Shown one piece after another: positions 32,768 to 45,784 of a stretch of DNA of 64,000 bases. The translations under genes and the position numbers were made by a program. The DNA is from Eledone cirrhosa (Eukaryota): NCBI GenBank assembly GCA_964016885.1, contig OZ024760.1:13206001-13270000 (forward strand). Reading direction: 5' to 3'. The first letter of the stretch is position 1, and each line of letters begins with the position of its first letter. A model generated the notes under the pieces. It saw only the letters and a list, made by a program, of their open reading frames with translations, was not told the origin of the DNA and searched no databases.

Positions 32768-32952
32768 GGTGGATTGGCAGTATCGGTAGAGGGTTGGACG
32801 CCATGCTTTCCAGCATAGTTACGTCCCTTAATGATCTGAGTTCAAATCCCGCCGAGGTTGACTTTACCTTTCATCCTTACGGGGTCGATAAAATAAAGTA
32901 CTAGTAATGCACTGGGTAATTGCTGGCCTTGTGCCAAAAATAGAAACAATTA
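32768..32952 (+). mobile_element. tRNA-derived SINE with Nin/Deu-like core (representative copy)
   Basis: A/B-box head (TGGCAGTATCGGT...GTTCAAATCC) and GCCTTTCATCCTT-CGGGGTCGATAAAAT core. Other copies at about 5660, 6750(-), 11185, 15075(-), 15430, 29640, 51036, 55817, 57153 and 59254. Confidence 0.85.
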
Positions 32953-33030
32953 TTATACTTGCCAACATTTGTTAGTGAAGTAAATAACAGATTCACTGTT
33001 TTGTCTTAGGTTGAACACCAGTAGATTTAG

Positions 33031-33071
<41 letters not shown>

Positions 33072-33177
33072 TATCTTTGTATATATAACAATGTGTACCT
33101 GAAGCTATATATGTATTATGTATATATATATATATGTAGACACACACACTGATATATATATATATACATATACATAA

Positions 33178-33220
<43 letters not shown>

Positions 33221-33470
33221 ATATATGCATATATAAACATAATAACATGTCTATGTTCAGTATGTATTTGTATAGATGTAGACAACTCTAGTGACATACT
33301 AACATGGATGTTAATGTATTTTTCTGTGAAAATATACATACCTTACTGTAAATAAACCTCCCCATGTGTTGAACACTATCATTTCCTCAATAGCTATTTA
33401 TTTACCTGTGTCTGCTTATATATATACATACATACATATATATATATATATACATATATATACATATATG

Positions 33471-33539
<69 letters not shown>

Positions 33540-33587
33540 GTATATGTACATATATATATATATATATATACACATATATATATATAT

Positions 33588-33880
33588 ATATTGGTAAACG
33601 GAAAAGAAAATGCTGACAAATTGTTCACAGTGAAAAATAGTTTAATTAGGAATAATCTGTTTAGAGCAAACATCACAGACGCTCTATCTCAAAATTATTT
33701 TTGAAAAGCATTAGAAATGCGCAACCGGTAAAACTTAAAACCAAAACTGAATACTAACCAATACTATTACTAATTCTCACTTATTCCTAATTAAACTATT
33801 TTTCACTGTGAACAATTTGTCAGCATTTTCTTTTCCATTTACCAATATATCTTAACTTGTGTGTTACACCTCTATTCTTT

Positions 33881-33883
<3 letters not shown>
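33588..33883 (+). mobile_element. Foldback element with about 68-bp inverted arms + tail in (TA)n
   Basis: Arms 33588-33655 and 33781-33850; same architecture as the other PLE-type foldbacks. Confidence 0.6.
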
Positions 33884-33949
<66 letters not shown>

Positions 33950-34166
33950 TATATATATAATATAAACAATTAAGTTAAAGTGTACATCTACATATGTATA
34001 CGGAAGTATTAGTATGCATATAAATACACACATGTATACATATGTACATGTACTCAGTTATTTGTTTTTATATATAATATATATATATATAATATATATA
34101 TATATATATTATATATATATATATATAATATATATATATATTATATATATATATATATATAAAATA

Positions 34167-34208
<42 letters not shown>

Positions 34209-34243
34209 TATATTATATATATACATATATCTTATATATATAG

Positions 34244-34287
<44 letters not shown>

Positions 34288-34381
34288 CTATATATACATA
34301 TATCCTATATATATATATATATTATATATATACATATATCTTATATATATATATATTATATATATACATATATCTTATATA

Positions 34382-34426
<45 letters not shown>

Positions 34427-34489
34427 CTATATATACATATATCTTATATATATATATTATATATATACATATATCTTATATATATATAT

Positions 34490-34527
<38 letters not shown>

Positions 34528-34550
34528 TATACGTATATATACATATATCT

Positions 34551-34589
<39 letters not shown>

Positions 34590-34840
34590 TATATATATAT
34601 ATACATATATATATATTATATATATATATACATATATATACATTATATATATATAATATATATATATACATATATATACATTATATATATATACGTATAT
34701 ATATATATTAGAATTTTGTTGAAATATGTATCCATTTTTTGGGGACACTATATATATATAATTGTCTCTCCATAAACAACCTGATTGTTATCCGTGGTAA
34801 AGAGTAATTGCAATGGCATATATATATATATATATATATA

Positions 34841-35269
34841 TGCAAAAGTTTTATTTAAGATTGTTGGGTTACAACGAGTAAATATTTTATAACTGATATA
34901 AAAGCACTCGACAGTTTCTGGAGTAGGTTTACGATATTAAACAAATGGAAACTATATTTATAAAACCATATTTATTTCGTTATATATATTTCTGGGATAT
35001 CATATTAAAAATATGTTATGCCTTCCTCAGACAAAATACAATACATAAGCTGTTTTATAAATAATTAGTGACATACCTTTTGAGAATGCAACTTCCTTTT
35101 TAAAAGGAAGTTGCATTCTCAAAAGGTATGTCACTAATTATTTATAAAACAGCTTATGTATTGTATTTTGTCTGAGGAAGGCATAACATATTTTTAATAT
35201 GATATCCCAGAAATATATATAACGAAGTAAATATGGTTTTATAAATATAGTTTCCATTTGTTTAATATC

Positions 35270-35272
<3 letters not shown>
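34841..35272 (-). mobile_element. PLE-type foldback, second family: 343-bp palindrome plus tail
   Basis: Near-perfect palindrome 34930-35272 centred on 35101, tail 34841-34929, (TA)n flanks. Relatives at 45785-46084 and 61970-62144. Confidence 0.8.
35167..35226 (+). ncRNA. Type I hammerhead ribozyme (CUGAGGA variant)
   Basis: TTTGT-CTGAGGA(35172)-stem II-GAAA(35210)-TATATA-TA-ACGAA. Confidence 0.72.
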
Positions 35273-35321
<49 letters not shown>

Positions 35322-35444
35322 AGCTACAGTGGTATAGCCAATTTTCATGTATGTCAAACACACCCACCACCACCACTATAGGCAACTATGATGTATTCTG
35401 TAGAAATTCAAATTAGATCTGCATATCTATCTATCTATTTAAAA

Positions 35445-35545
35445 GGCTTCTACAGGACTAGTAGTTTTTCATTCCAAAGAAATCATCAGGAAAGCCCATT
35501 TCTTTTGAATGTAACAGTTCTAGTCCAGTAGTAGCCAGTTCTATA
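35445..35545. mobile_element. Third hammerhead-associated PLE-type family (degenerate)
   Basis: On -: GCTTTC-CTGATGA-..-GAAA-..CTAG..-TA-GAAGCC. Related copies at 3587-3725, 4190-4345, 5525-5552 and 57877-58000. Confidence 0.55.
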
Positions 35546-36666
35546 TTGATGGTAAGGGGGTGGGATGAGGAGGATGGTGGTTCAATCTGTAGTGCATTCA
35601 AACACGGACAACTTTCAAATTTTAACCTGATGGTGAGGATATATAACTATCAGCTGTATATATTGTTTTAATTAGATATATATACATGTGTGTACATATC
35701 TATCTCTCTCTATATATATACATGTACACACACACACGTGTGTGTCTATGTACATATATATATATATGCATATACACATATATGCATATATATATACACA
35801 TATATGCATATATATATGCACATATATCTATATATATATATAGATAATATAAGATCAAAAGATGGTTAAAGGAGTTCAATATATTTTATTATGCGCATTT
35901 CAAAAACAAACATCATCAAACAATAATATTTGTGTTTTCATCAGATAAAACAGGAGAACATGATATGAAGGCTAAAAAAACACTTGTTGATAGTGCAGTT
36001 TTAAATCAACATATGAAAAGTGGTTTTAGATTGATGTGTGATATTGGGAAAAATATTTTATTTAGAGAGGGGGGGAGAGAAAAGGATGAAAAGGGAAGGA
36101 GATGAGAGGGAGAGATGGGTGATAGAGAGAAAGAGATAGTTTTTATAACAGAGAGGAGATATATTTTATATAGAGGGGTTGAAAACCGTTGGAAGATACT
36201 GTATAAATTAAAAATTTTGAAAATTAACGAAGGGAGGATATGTGCGAGGAAAAAATATATTATATTTAGGGAGGGGTGGGGGTGGAAAGGATGAAAAAAA
36301 GGGAGGAGATGAGAGTGAAGGTGGAAAGGGAGAGATGGGTGATAGAGAGAAAGAGATAGTTTTTATAACTGAGAAAAAGATATAATGTTTTAATATAGAG
36401 AGGTTGGGAACCGTTGGAAGATAATGTATAAATTAAAGGAATTTGAAAATTAACGAAGGGAAATTATGTATGGAGATAGAGAGAAAAAAATAACGAAGGG
36501 AGATTATGTATGGAGATAGAGAGAAAAAAATAATAATTGTGGGTGAATATTCAAAAGGAGAAATGTAGGAATCTTAAAATTAGCAAAGAGAAAAAGTTTA
36601 TGTATAGGATTTGAGAAAAATTTATATTGAATTCATATGTATTAATAATGAGTTCGTTGATGGGGA

Positions 36667-37036
36667 ATTAAAACTATGTAAAATTATAACTAGCACCAAC
36701 TCCTTCACCTATTTTGGCTCCACTTCCACCTCTTTTAAAGCTCGTCTCTATAATCATCATTCATCTTTCAAATACAAACTTAAAAGAACTAACACTGCTC
36801 TCTCAGAACTCATATGGTCCTTAAAAGACAAAAACATTAAATATAACATCTTTTGGAAAAAGATTTCTTCTGCATCCTCGTACTTGAACAGTTCTCTATC
36901 TAAAATCTGTAATCTCTGCCTAAATGAAAAATTTACCATTATCTCTAACCTAGAATCCATAATAAATAGACGCTCGGATTTGTTTTCCATCTGCCTTCAT
37001 AAATTCCATAGAACTTTTCACAAAGTATACAGTTAA
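36667..37036 (+). pseudogene. PLE GIY-YIG endonuclease C-terminal fragment
   Basis: YFGST...FKARLYNH..SF...TALS..IW.LKD....W....CNLCLNEK......INRRSDL...CLH is typical of invertebrate PLE (Neptune/Naiad-type) endonucleases. The first about 19 aa of the track ORF come from the inverted arm. Confidence 0.85.
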
Positions 37037-38270
37037 TATTCAATTCTTTATCAATTTAGAATCTTTTCTCAAAGGCACATATACATACACCTCTTTAAAA
37101 TATACCCATCTACCTTACTTTAAAGGGCATTATACACTCTATAGTACTCGTTTATTCATTTACCTCATCCTATCTTCTCGTAAAACAATAACATTTGTTT
37201 TTGACATTTTGAATATTCATCCGCAATCATTATTATTTTTTTTTTTTTTTTTTTTTTTTTTCCCTCTATCATAAATCTTTTTAATCTCAATTTCATCCTT
37301 AATTTATTATTATATATATTTTTTTTAATATATACTCATATATTCTTTAAAATATACCCATCTACCTTACTTTAAAGGGTATTATACACTCTATAATACC
37401 CGTTTACTCATCACCCTCATTATATCTCTTCGTAAAACAATAACATTTGTTTTTGACATTTTGAGTATTCATCCGCAATCATTATTATTTTTTCTCTCTA
37501 TCATAAATCTTTTTAATCTCAATTTCATCCTTAATTTATTATTATTATTTTTTTCTCCCCATCAACGAACTCATTATTAATACATATGAATTCAATATAA
37601 ATTTTTCTCAAATCCTATACATAAACTTTTTCTCTTTGCTAATTTTAAGATTCCTACATTTCTCCTTTTGAATATTCACCCACAATTATTATTTTTTTCT
37701 CTCTATCTCCATACATAATCTCCCTTCGTTATTTTTTTCTCTCTATCTCCATACATAATTTCCCTTCGTTAATTTTCAAATTCCTTTAATTTATACATTA
37801 TCTTCCAACGGTTCCCAACCTCTCTATATTAAAACATTATATCTTTTTCTCAGTTATAAAAACTATCTCTTTCTCTCTATCACCCATCTCTCCCTTTCCA
37901 CCTTCACTCTCATCTCCTCCCTTTTTTTCATCCTTTCCACCCCCACCCCTCCCTAAATATAATATATTTTTTCCTCGCACATATCCTCCCTTCGTTAATT
38001 TTCAAAATTTTTAATTTATACAGTATCTTCCAACGGTTTTCAACCCCTCTATATAAAATATATCTCCTCTCTGTTATAAAAACTATCTCTTTCTCTCTAT
38101 CACCCATCTCTCCCTCTCATCTCCTTCCCTTTTCATCCTTTTCTCTCCCCCCCTCTCTAAATAAAATATTTTTCCCAATATCACACATCAATCTAAAACC
38201 ACTTTTCATATGTTGATTTAAAACTGCACTATCAACAAGTGTTTTTTTAGCCTTCATATCATGTTCTCCT

Positions 38271-38339
38271 GTTTTATCTGATGAAAACACAAATATTATT
38301 GTTTGATGATGTTTGTTTTTGAAATGCGCATAATAAAAT
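38271..38339 (+). ncRNA. Type I hammerhead ribozyme (PLE pLTR); mirror copy on - at 35883-35951
   Basis: GTTTTAT-CTGATGA-[stem II]-GAAA-TGCGCA-TA-ATAAAAT, with a minimal palindromic stem III. Confidence 0.85.
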
Positions 38340-40094
38340 ATATTGAACTCCTTTAACCATCTTTTGATCTTATATTATGCATACTCCAGTCCCACAAACT
38401 GTAGAGTGCTTCTTATCCGATATCTGCATTGCTTTATTGTACTACAATAAAACTCACCTCCTACATATATATATAGATATATAGTGTGTATGTATATGAG
38501 AGAGTGTGTGTATATGTGTGTGTGTGGGAAGTTTCCCAGTCCGGGATGAAACTATCACTGTGAGATTATGAACCATTAAATACCTTGAATAAAGTTTACA
38601 CAACATTTGTATTGAGTTCTTTTTTATTTTAGACTTTGTAGTGCTTTGTACACTCAGCTCACCCTTTAATCTATTACATCTCTCTCTATATATATATATA
38701 TAATATATATGTATGTACGTATGTGTATATACATTTTTGGGGGACACCCTGTTCATATATATATATATATATATATACAGTGTCCCCCAAAAATGTATAC
38801 ATACTTCGAAAGCATTCTAATAAATATTGCCTGTACAGGTAATCAAAGTGTGTATACTCTTTTTTTGGACACCCTGTGTGTATATATATTATTTAGTCTT
38901 CATATTTATTATTATTACTATATATATATATATCCCTGTATATATATAAATATATATATCCCTGTGTATATATATATATATATCCCTGTATATATATATA
39001 TAGAGAGTGAGAGATAGATATATATAGTGATATGTGCATATACATTTATTTATATTTAGATGTATGTGTGTGTGTGTGTGTGGTATGGCTGTTATGATTG
39101 TTGTGTTTTCATGCAGTTTAAATAATTTAAAATCATGTTAATTTCTTTCAGAAATTATTTTTCCATTTTATTGTGAAATAAACTATTCTGTTAAGGAATT
39201 GAATCTGTATTCTGTTTTCCTTGTTTGATATGAAAATAGCTTTGTTTTCGGTTTTCTTTGCTGTGGAAATGTGCCTGTTTTCTCTTTTACTCTATAGAAG
39301 CTGTCTTGTTTTCTGTTTTCTTGCTGTGGAAATTAGTTTCTGTTTTTCCTTGTTTGCTGTGGAAATGAATTTATTTTCTGTTTTCTTGTTTGCTATAGAA
39401 ATGGGTTTGTTTTCTGTTTGTTTCTGTAGAAACAGCTTAGTTTCCATTTGACTTTGGGAGAGTTAAACTATTTTTTGCTACTTTAACCATTTTGTTTTTT
39501 TGTTTTGTTTTGTTTGTTTCGATTGGTAGAAAAGAAAAGATATTTCCTAGCAAATTTAGTCTATTATTGATTACAGTCTATTATTATTAAAGCTGGTACA
39601 AAGTAGATGGAAATACATGAGCAAAAACTAGAGTAAAACAGAACAGTCTTATGGCATTGGCATACAGGACAGTGGCACAAATGTCTGGGGACCCACAAGG
39701 TTTAGGGGCTCAAGTACTTTGCTTGCAATACTGTTAAAGGATCCTTCAGTAGAACAAGACAAGAAAAACAAACCAAGTCATCAACATCATACACTATTTC
39801 TTTTTCTTTTTTGAAAAGAGGGTCATACCTTCGAAATATCATAAAATATCAGGTAAAAGTATAAACTTGTGTTTTTTTTTATTGTTGTTATAAGTTTCAT
39901 GTGATATTTCATAGCAATGCATTAGTTGCATGTTTATCAATTTATAGTGTGATATTCCTTATTATCAGTTTAGCGTGTTATATCATGTGTGTTATATTAT
40001 AAACCCCACAACCCCACCATAAACCTGATTTAATTGACTTTCCCCCACTCCCCCTAAATTGCTGGCTTTGTGTCTAAATCAGAAACCAAGTGAA

Positions 40095-40503
40095 AGAGTT
40101 TGTGTGGTGGACCAGGTTGAAAGGACTGAAGACAGACACTTTTCTCTTCGGCCAATCCCTCATCAACTTTTCCAAGTTTCACTTGGAAAAGATGGTGAGG
40201 ATGGAGAGAGAAGAGCTGCTCCCAGTACATTTGCTAAAAGGTGGGTGAATGTAGTGAGAATGGGCCTACTCTGAGCATGTGCCTGTAGGCTGGTTAATTT
40301 GAGGAGAGGGCTCTCCTCGAAGCGTCAGGTGTTTCAGGATTGTTGAGGTACTTGAATCCTCCCTGGGAAATTTTCATTGTTATTTTATTGTTATCAATAT
40401 TTTTTACCCGATACATATGTAAACCCCCACTGTCCCTGTCTATTGTATTGTCCCCTATCTGTCGGCCGTTGTGGCTAATAAAGAAACCATTATTATTATT
40501 ATT
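40095..40503 (+). mobile_element. 3' end of a Tx1/L1-like LINE just upstream of the last calmodulin exon
   Basis: VWWTRL...MVRMEREE..FAKRWVNVVRM, then AATAAA and an (ATT)n tail. Confidence 0.55.
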
Positions 40504-40549
40504 CTATCAGTTTATTATAAATATTGACTTTTATTCTATTTTCTTACAG

Positions 40550-40578
40550 AATTCGTCACCATGATGACAGCTAAATAG
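40550..40578 (+). CDS. CaM: Calmodulin-like terminal exon: E-FVTMMTAK*
   Basis: TTCTTACAG acceptor then AA TTC GTC ACC ATG ATG ACA GCT AAA TAG, the canonical calmodulin C-terminus. AATAAA at 40838. Confidence 0.93.
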
Positions 40579-41151
40579 TCGGCCAGAATACGGAGGATTT
40601 GGAAGGGCATCAACATTGGTTTTGGGGGTCTATCTTTTTTTTTTGTTTAATTTGTCGGTGTAAATCATTTCAGAAATGTGTGTTGGGGAATGACAGAGAG
40701 AGACAGTGAGTGAGTGAGGGAGAAATAGAGAGTGAGGTGTGAGAACAAGTAGGAAAGGGAGTGAGGGAATGAGAGAAAGAGTGAGAAAGATAGTTGGAAA
40801 GAGAATGAAGGGGATTTGGGTTCATGATTTTTCTCTTAATAAAAAACACTTCATATGTGTATGTATTTATATCTATGTGTGTTTTGTGTATTTTTAAACA
40901 TGTATTTATATATAGATATAGCAATTGCACCAATCAAAGGACTTATATATATATATATACAGCTCAGCTTGGCTTGGTTGCACTCAGCTCAGTCGAGCTC
41001 GGCTTCACTGAGCTTAACTTAGCTCTCTCCAGCTCAACTTGGTTTGGTTCATCTTAGCTCAGTCCAGCTCAGTTTGGTTAATCTTAGAATGGATTGGATC
41101 TGATGAACACATCGTTATCTAGCTCAGCTTGGCTTAGCTCTCTCCACACTA

Positions 41152-41184
<33 letters not shown>

Positions 41185-41497
41185 TCTTTTACCTGTTACA
41201 GCCATCCGGCTGAGGCCATGCTGGGGCACCGCCCTTGAAAAAGTTGTTTTTATATTGAAATAACAAAAACTGGATCCCACTTCTGACAACCTGTTTTTGT
41301 TAAATAAATATATCTATATATATGTATATGAGTATATATATATATGTATATAATTATATATATATATGTATATGAGTATATATATATATGTATATAATTA
41401 TATATATATATGTATATGAGTATATATATATATGTATATAATTGATGATGATGATGATAATTATATATATATATGTATATAATTATATATATATATA

Positions 41498-41533
<36 letters not shown>

Positions 41534-41974
41534 TATATATATAATTATATATATATATATATATATATATAATTATATATACATATATATATCATCATCA
41601 TCGTTTAACGTCCATATTCCACGCTCGCATGGGTTTGGACGGGAGTTTCCCACTTGAGGCAAGAGTGGTTGTCTTGCTCGCATAGGACTGTCTGGCGGGT
41701 TTTCTACGGCTGGATGCCCTTCCTAACACCAACCACATTTACAGTGTGGAACTGGGAGGTTTTTACCGTGTTACCTACACGGCATACATATATATATAAT
41801 TATATATATATACTTTGAGGTTGTAATAAGCATGGACGAGGTGTCAAATTTTCATTAAGTTTATTCAGGTGTGATGTGCGTTTCATGATTGATCAGCTTC
41901 ATCTTCTCGATCAAGTACGACTCTGGAATCAAAAGCTCACAGACTTCTGTTACCTTAATGCTTATCATTATTAT

Positions 41975-42008
<34 letters not shown>

Positions 42009-42068
42009 CAGATTTAGAACCTTTGCAAGCAGGGAGAAGCGGACGTAAAATGATGATGATGATGATGA

Positions 42069-42118
<50 letters not shown>

Positions 42119-43009
42119 CTGTGCTCATAATTGTTTTGGCATTGATACACTGGTTGGATGCCCTTCCTAACACCAGTGCCACTTTACAGCATGGACTGGG
42201 AAAAGCAGGGAAAAGCGGACGTGAAATGATAATGATGATGATATATATATATAATAATAATTCGGGTATGTGCTGATTAATTACCGACACCTCTGTATGG
42301 TATGCAAGGTAGAGCACTCAACGCATTGTTTATATATAGAAGATTTACATATATACATATATATATATAAATGTATATATATATTCCCTTTAAACCAATC
42401 TCCAACTTCAGTTCCAACCATAATTTCCTCAACGTCAGATGAATAAAAACAATGACAAAATGATTTATCCCACAATCAGCAAAACAAATATTCTTTTATC
42501 CAATCTTCAGAATTTGATCTTGGTATTCTTCCCCAAGTAAACTATCGGCACCTTTCTAGGGTTGCCTGTATTACGATGATCTGAATACCAGACAAGATAC
42601 CAGACCTCATTCCGTTACCATGTGGGGTGAAACTTGTAAGATTCAACCAAGGAAACAATGTTTCTTACAAATACCATCCCCCGGTCGCAACTCCTAGCTT
42701 ATATTATATTATATTAAAATATATCATATAATATTATAAATAAAGCATTATTTTATTGACAAATTGAGAATTTCTTATACAAAAACAGTTCTAAAATTTT
42801 GAAATCTCACCATAGTATGTATATGCCTGTGTGTGTGTGTGTGTATATATATATAAATATATATATATATATGTGTGTGTGCATGTGTACATATATATAT
42901 ATACACCTATATACATATATATATGCAGATATACATTCAATCAAAAACACACACACACATATATATGTAACGCAAATATATATATATATATTTATACACA
43001 CACTACATA

Positions 43010-43075
<66 letters not shown>

Positions 43076-43127
43076 CATATATATATAATATGTGTGTCTG
43101 TGTGTATGAATGTATGAATGTTTAGAT

Positions 43128-43789
43128 TTAAGTGCGTGATAAAGTAGATGCCGGTATGGAAGGTGAAGAAGGAGATGAGGAGTTGAAATCCATGTCGATA
43201 TCAGATTGCTGTGTGGTGGCCATGGCTTTGGTGGAGGAGGTGGCCTTGTTGCTAAGCGACGTTAATGATAATGAAGATAGGGCAGAAGCTGCCGACATCG
43301 CCGTTGTTCCACCACCCCCACCACCGTCAGTATTCGCGCTCCCCGTCCTGAATAAACCATCGACTGCTCCCGATGTTGCTGCTGCTGCTGATGACTGCTG
43401 CTGCTGCTGGTTGTTGTAGTAGTACGGCGACCTGTGGTTTCTCGGACGACGACCTTTCTTGTTCTGCTTCTGCGAGGAGTCGTTCTGTGATCGGCCTGAC
43501 TGGCCGCCTCCGTCCTGGTGCGAAGATTTCTTGCCAGATCTCTGGTGTCTGGAGTAATGGTTGTTGGTAGAGCTGCCAGAGCTGTTGTTGGTTCCAGTCT
43601 GCAGGAAAAGCTGTGTTACGGTACCCACAGCTTTCGTACGGCCCTCGCGAAACACCATCTTCATGTCGGTGCGCAGATACTCAGGGTTCTTGATGAAGCG
43701 GAACCGGACGAGGGCCTTGTCACCCGTGCGCAGCGTTTCCTGAGACATGGATATTATAGAGGCTGTCTGGCGTACACTGCCAACATGGA
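43128..43789 (-). CDS. GTPBP1: GTPBP1 last coding exon (domain III + low-complexity tail)
   Basis: [11 protein letters not shown]...[20 protein letters not shown]...[11 protein letters not shown], then an S/Q/G/A-rich tail to TAA. Summed CDS is 2112 nt (about 703 aa). Confidence 0.96.
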
Positions 43790-43849
43790 CTGAAATTATA
43801 GAAAGAAAGACACAATATTAAATCTCTTAGATATTATAGGTACACTGTC

Positions 43850-44021
43850 TAAGGTACACTGTCTAAGGTACACTGTCTAATGTACACTGTCTAATGTACA
43901 CTGTCTAATGTACACTGTCTAATATACACTGTCTAATGTACACTGTCTAATGTACACTGTCTAACATACACTGTCTAACGTACACTGTCTAACATACACT
44001 GTCTAACATACACTGTCTAAT
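43850..44021. repeat. 14-bp minisatellite in last GTPBP1 intron
   Basis: TACACTGTCTAA(TG) x about 12. Confidence 0.9.
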
Positions 44022-44172
44022 AGACAGACAGATAGATTGATTATAGACAGACGGATGGACAGATAGATAGACAGACAGACACATATATATATATATATAG
44101 AGAGAGAGAGGGAGACCGACAGATAGATAGATCAACAGACAGACAGATATAAAGGTCCCTTTAATGACCTAC

Positions 44173-44308
44173 CCATGGCCTGGTATCGTACACTGATGGT
44201 GGTTGGATGGTGCAAGACAAGAATTTCTCCTTGGAACTCCCAGCATGCTTTAGGTTCACGTTTAGGGGACACCATCACCATCCCCTTACGGATGGAAGAT
44301 CTTTTGAT
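44173..44308 (-). CDS. GTPBP1: GTPBP1 coding exon 9
   Basis: [45 protein letters not shown]; AG/GT boundaries. Not in the ORF track. Confidence 0.96.
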
Positions 44309-44680
44309 CTGAACAATAGAAATACAGAATCAATAAGGGTGAGTAAAATATACATACATATATATATACACACAGACACACGCACACATATATATATATA
44401 TATACGCACACATATATATATATATATACACAGACACACTCACACATATATATGCACACACACATAGACACACACTCATACGCATAGACACTCAGACATA
44501 TAGACATACACACTCATTTACATACACAGACACACTCACCCAGACATAGAGACACACATACACAGCAGCAACACTACCACCACAACAACATTACAAACAC
44601 ACCACCACCACCATCACAACATCACCAATCACCACAACAACAACAACACCAAGAAAAGTAAACAAGAAACAATGACTAAC

Positions 44681-44863
44681 CTTCTTGAGAGCAAATGAGG
44701 CCGTCTGTCCCCCACGGACCTCCTTCACAGGCATACGTTTACGATGGATACTTTTAATGACGATACTCTGGAACTGTCCGAGGGAGTCAGGCCCTAACAA
44801 GATGGTGTCATTCAGCTTAATCAGACCCCTCAGTAATGTACCTGAGACTACAGTACCAACTCC
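44681..44863 (-). CDS. GTPBP1: GTPBP1 coding exon 8 (domain II)
   Basis: [26 protein letters not shown]...[24 protein letters not shown]. Confidence 0.96.
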
Positions 44864-45046
44864 CTGTAATAGGTAACATAGTGAAATTAGGGGTCAGGTA
44901 TATATATATATATATATTTATATAGATAGATAAATAGATATATATCTATATATATATATATATAGTATATATGGATATATCATTCATTTTACGTCCGCTT
45001 TTATATATCTCTATATATATATCTACATATCTACATATATATATAG

Positions 45047-45370
45047 GCACATGGCTTAGTGGTTAGAGCATTGACCTTGCAATCGAAAGGTTGTGAGTTC
45101 AATTCTCAGACTGGGTGATGTGTTGTTTCCTTGAGCAAGACACTTTATTTCACATTGCTCCAGTTTGCTCAGCTGTGGAAATGAGATGATAGAGACTGGG
45201 GTCCCTATCATTCCACTGCAAAGTGGTCGTGGAGGTGCCACGGCAAGGAGGCACCCATCACTCACTGTAAATGAGGTTGGTGTTAGGAAGGGCATCCAGC
45301 TGTAGAAATCAAGCCAGAATCAGTTCTCATCCCACTCTTGCAAGCAGGGAAAAGTGGACGTAAAATGAAA
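45047..45370 (+). mobile_element. tRNA-derived SINE with CORE-like CCTTGAGCAAGACACTT segment
   Basis: TGGCTTAGTGGTT/GTTCAATTC boxes. A closely similar copy lies on - at 52550-52885 and a partial one at 25022-25200. Confidence 0.8.
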
Positions 45371-45477
45371 TGAATGAATATATATATATATAGAGAGAGA
45401 GATTACATTAGATGGTAGGGTAGGGTTACTATGTTTGAAAAGGAGAAAGAGAGAGTGAGTGAGAGAGTGTAACTTAC

Positions 45478-45622
45478 AGGTACAGAGAAGGTGTCGTCAA
45501 TCTGAAATTCAGCTGGCTGTGACACGTCGTATTTGTGTCGTGTGGACAAAAGGTTTAGAAACATCTTCAGTAAACCAAGGTTTTCACCGGTTACATTGGA
45601 AACTTGAAATATTGGGCACATC
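45478..45622 (-). CDS. GTPBP1: GTPBP1 coding exon 7 (G5 SNVTG)
   Basis: [25 protein letters not shown]...[11 protein letters not shown]; AAG acceptor, GTAAGT donor. Confidence 0.95.
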
Positions 45623-45734
45623 CTTGAGGATTAGAAATAAAAACAAACAATATAGATGTCTCTGTATGTATATTGTTTATATGTGTATATATATATATAG
45701 GTGCCTGTGTATGTGTATGTACATACATATATAT

Positions 45735-45784
<50 letters not shown>

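Larger units (their letters stand above)
35844..38465 (+). mobile_element. 5'-truncated Penelope-like retroelement with inverted pseudo-LTR
   Basis: Near-perfect 823-bp inverted arms (35844-36666 and 37556-38378), an unpaired tail (38379-38465), a GIY-YIG C-terminal fragment between the arms, hammerhead motifs in the arms, and TA-rich flanks. Confidence 0.88.

Noticed and set aside
32768-32855. tRNA genes (also 45047, 25022, 55817, 31441)
   Set aside because: A/B boxes run into SINE cores without a proper cloverleaf; these are SINE heads.
36611-36666. Start of the 141-aa ORF as a standalone nuclease gene
   Set aside because: The TTG start and first residues come from the inverted arm; the ORF is a truncated PLE fragment.
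39152-39228. A third calmodulin terminal exon (EIIFPFYC...)
   Set aside because: Lacks the conserved Phe after loop position 12 and has no supporting features.
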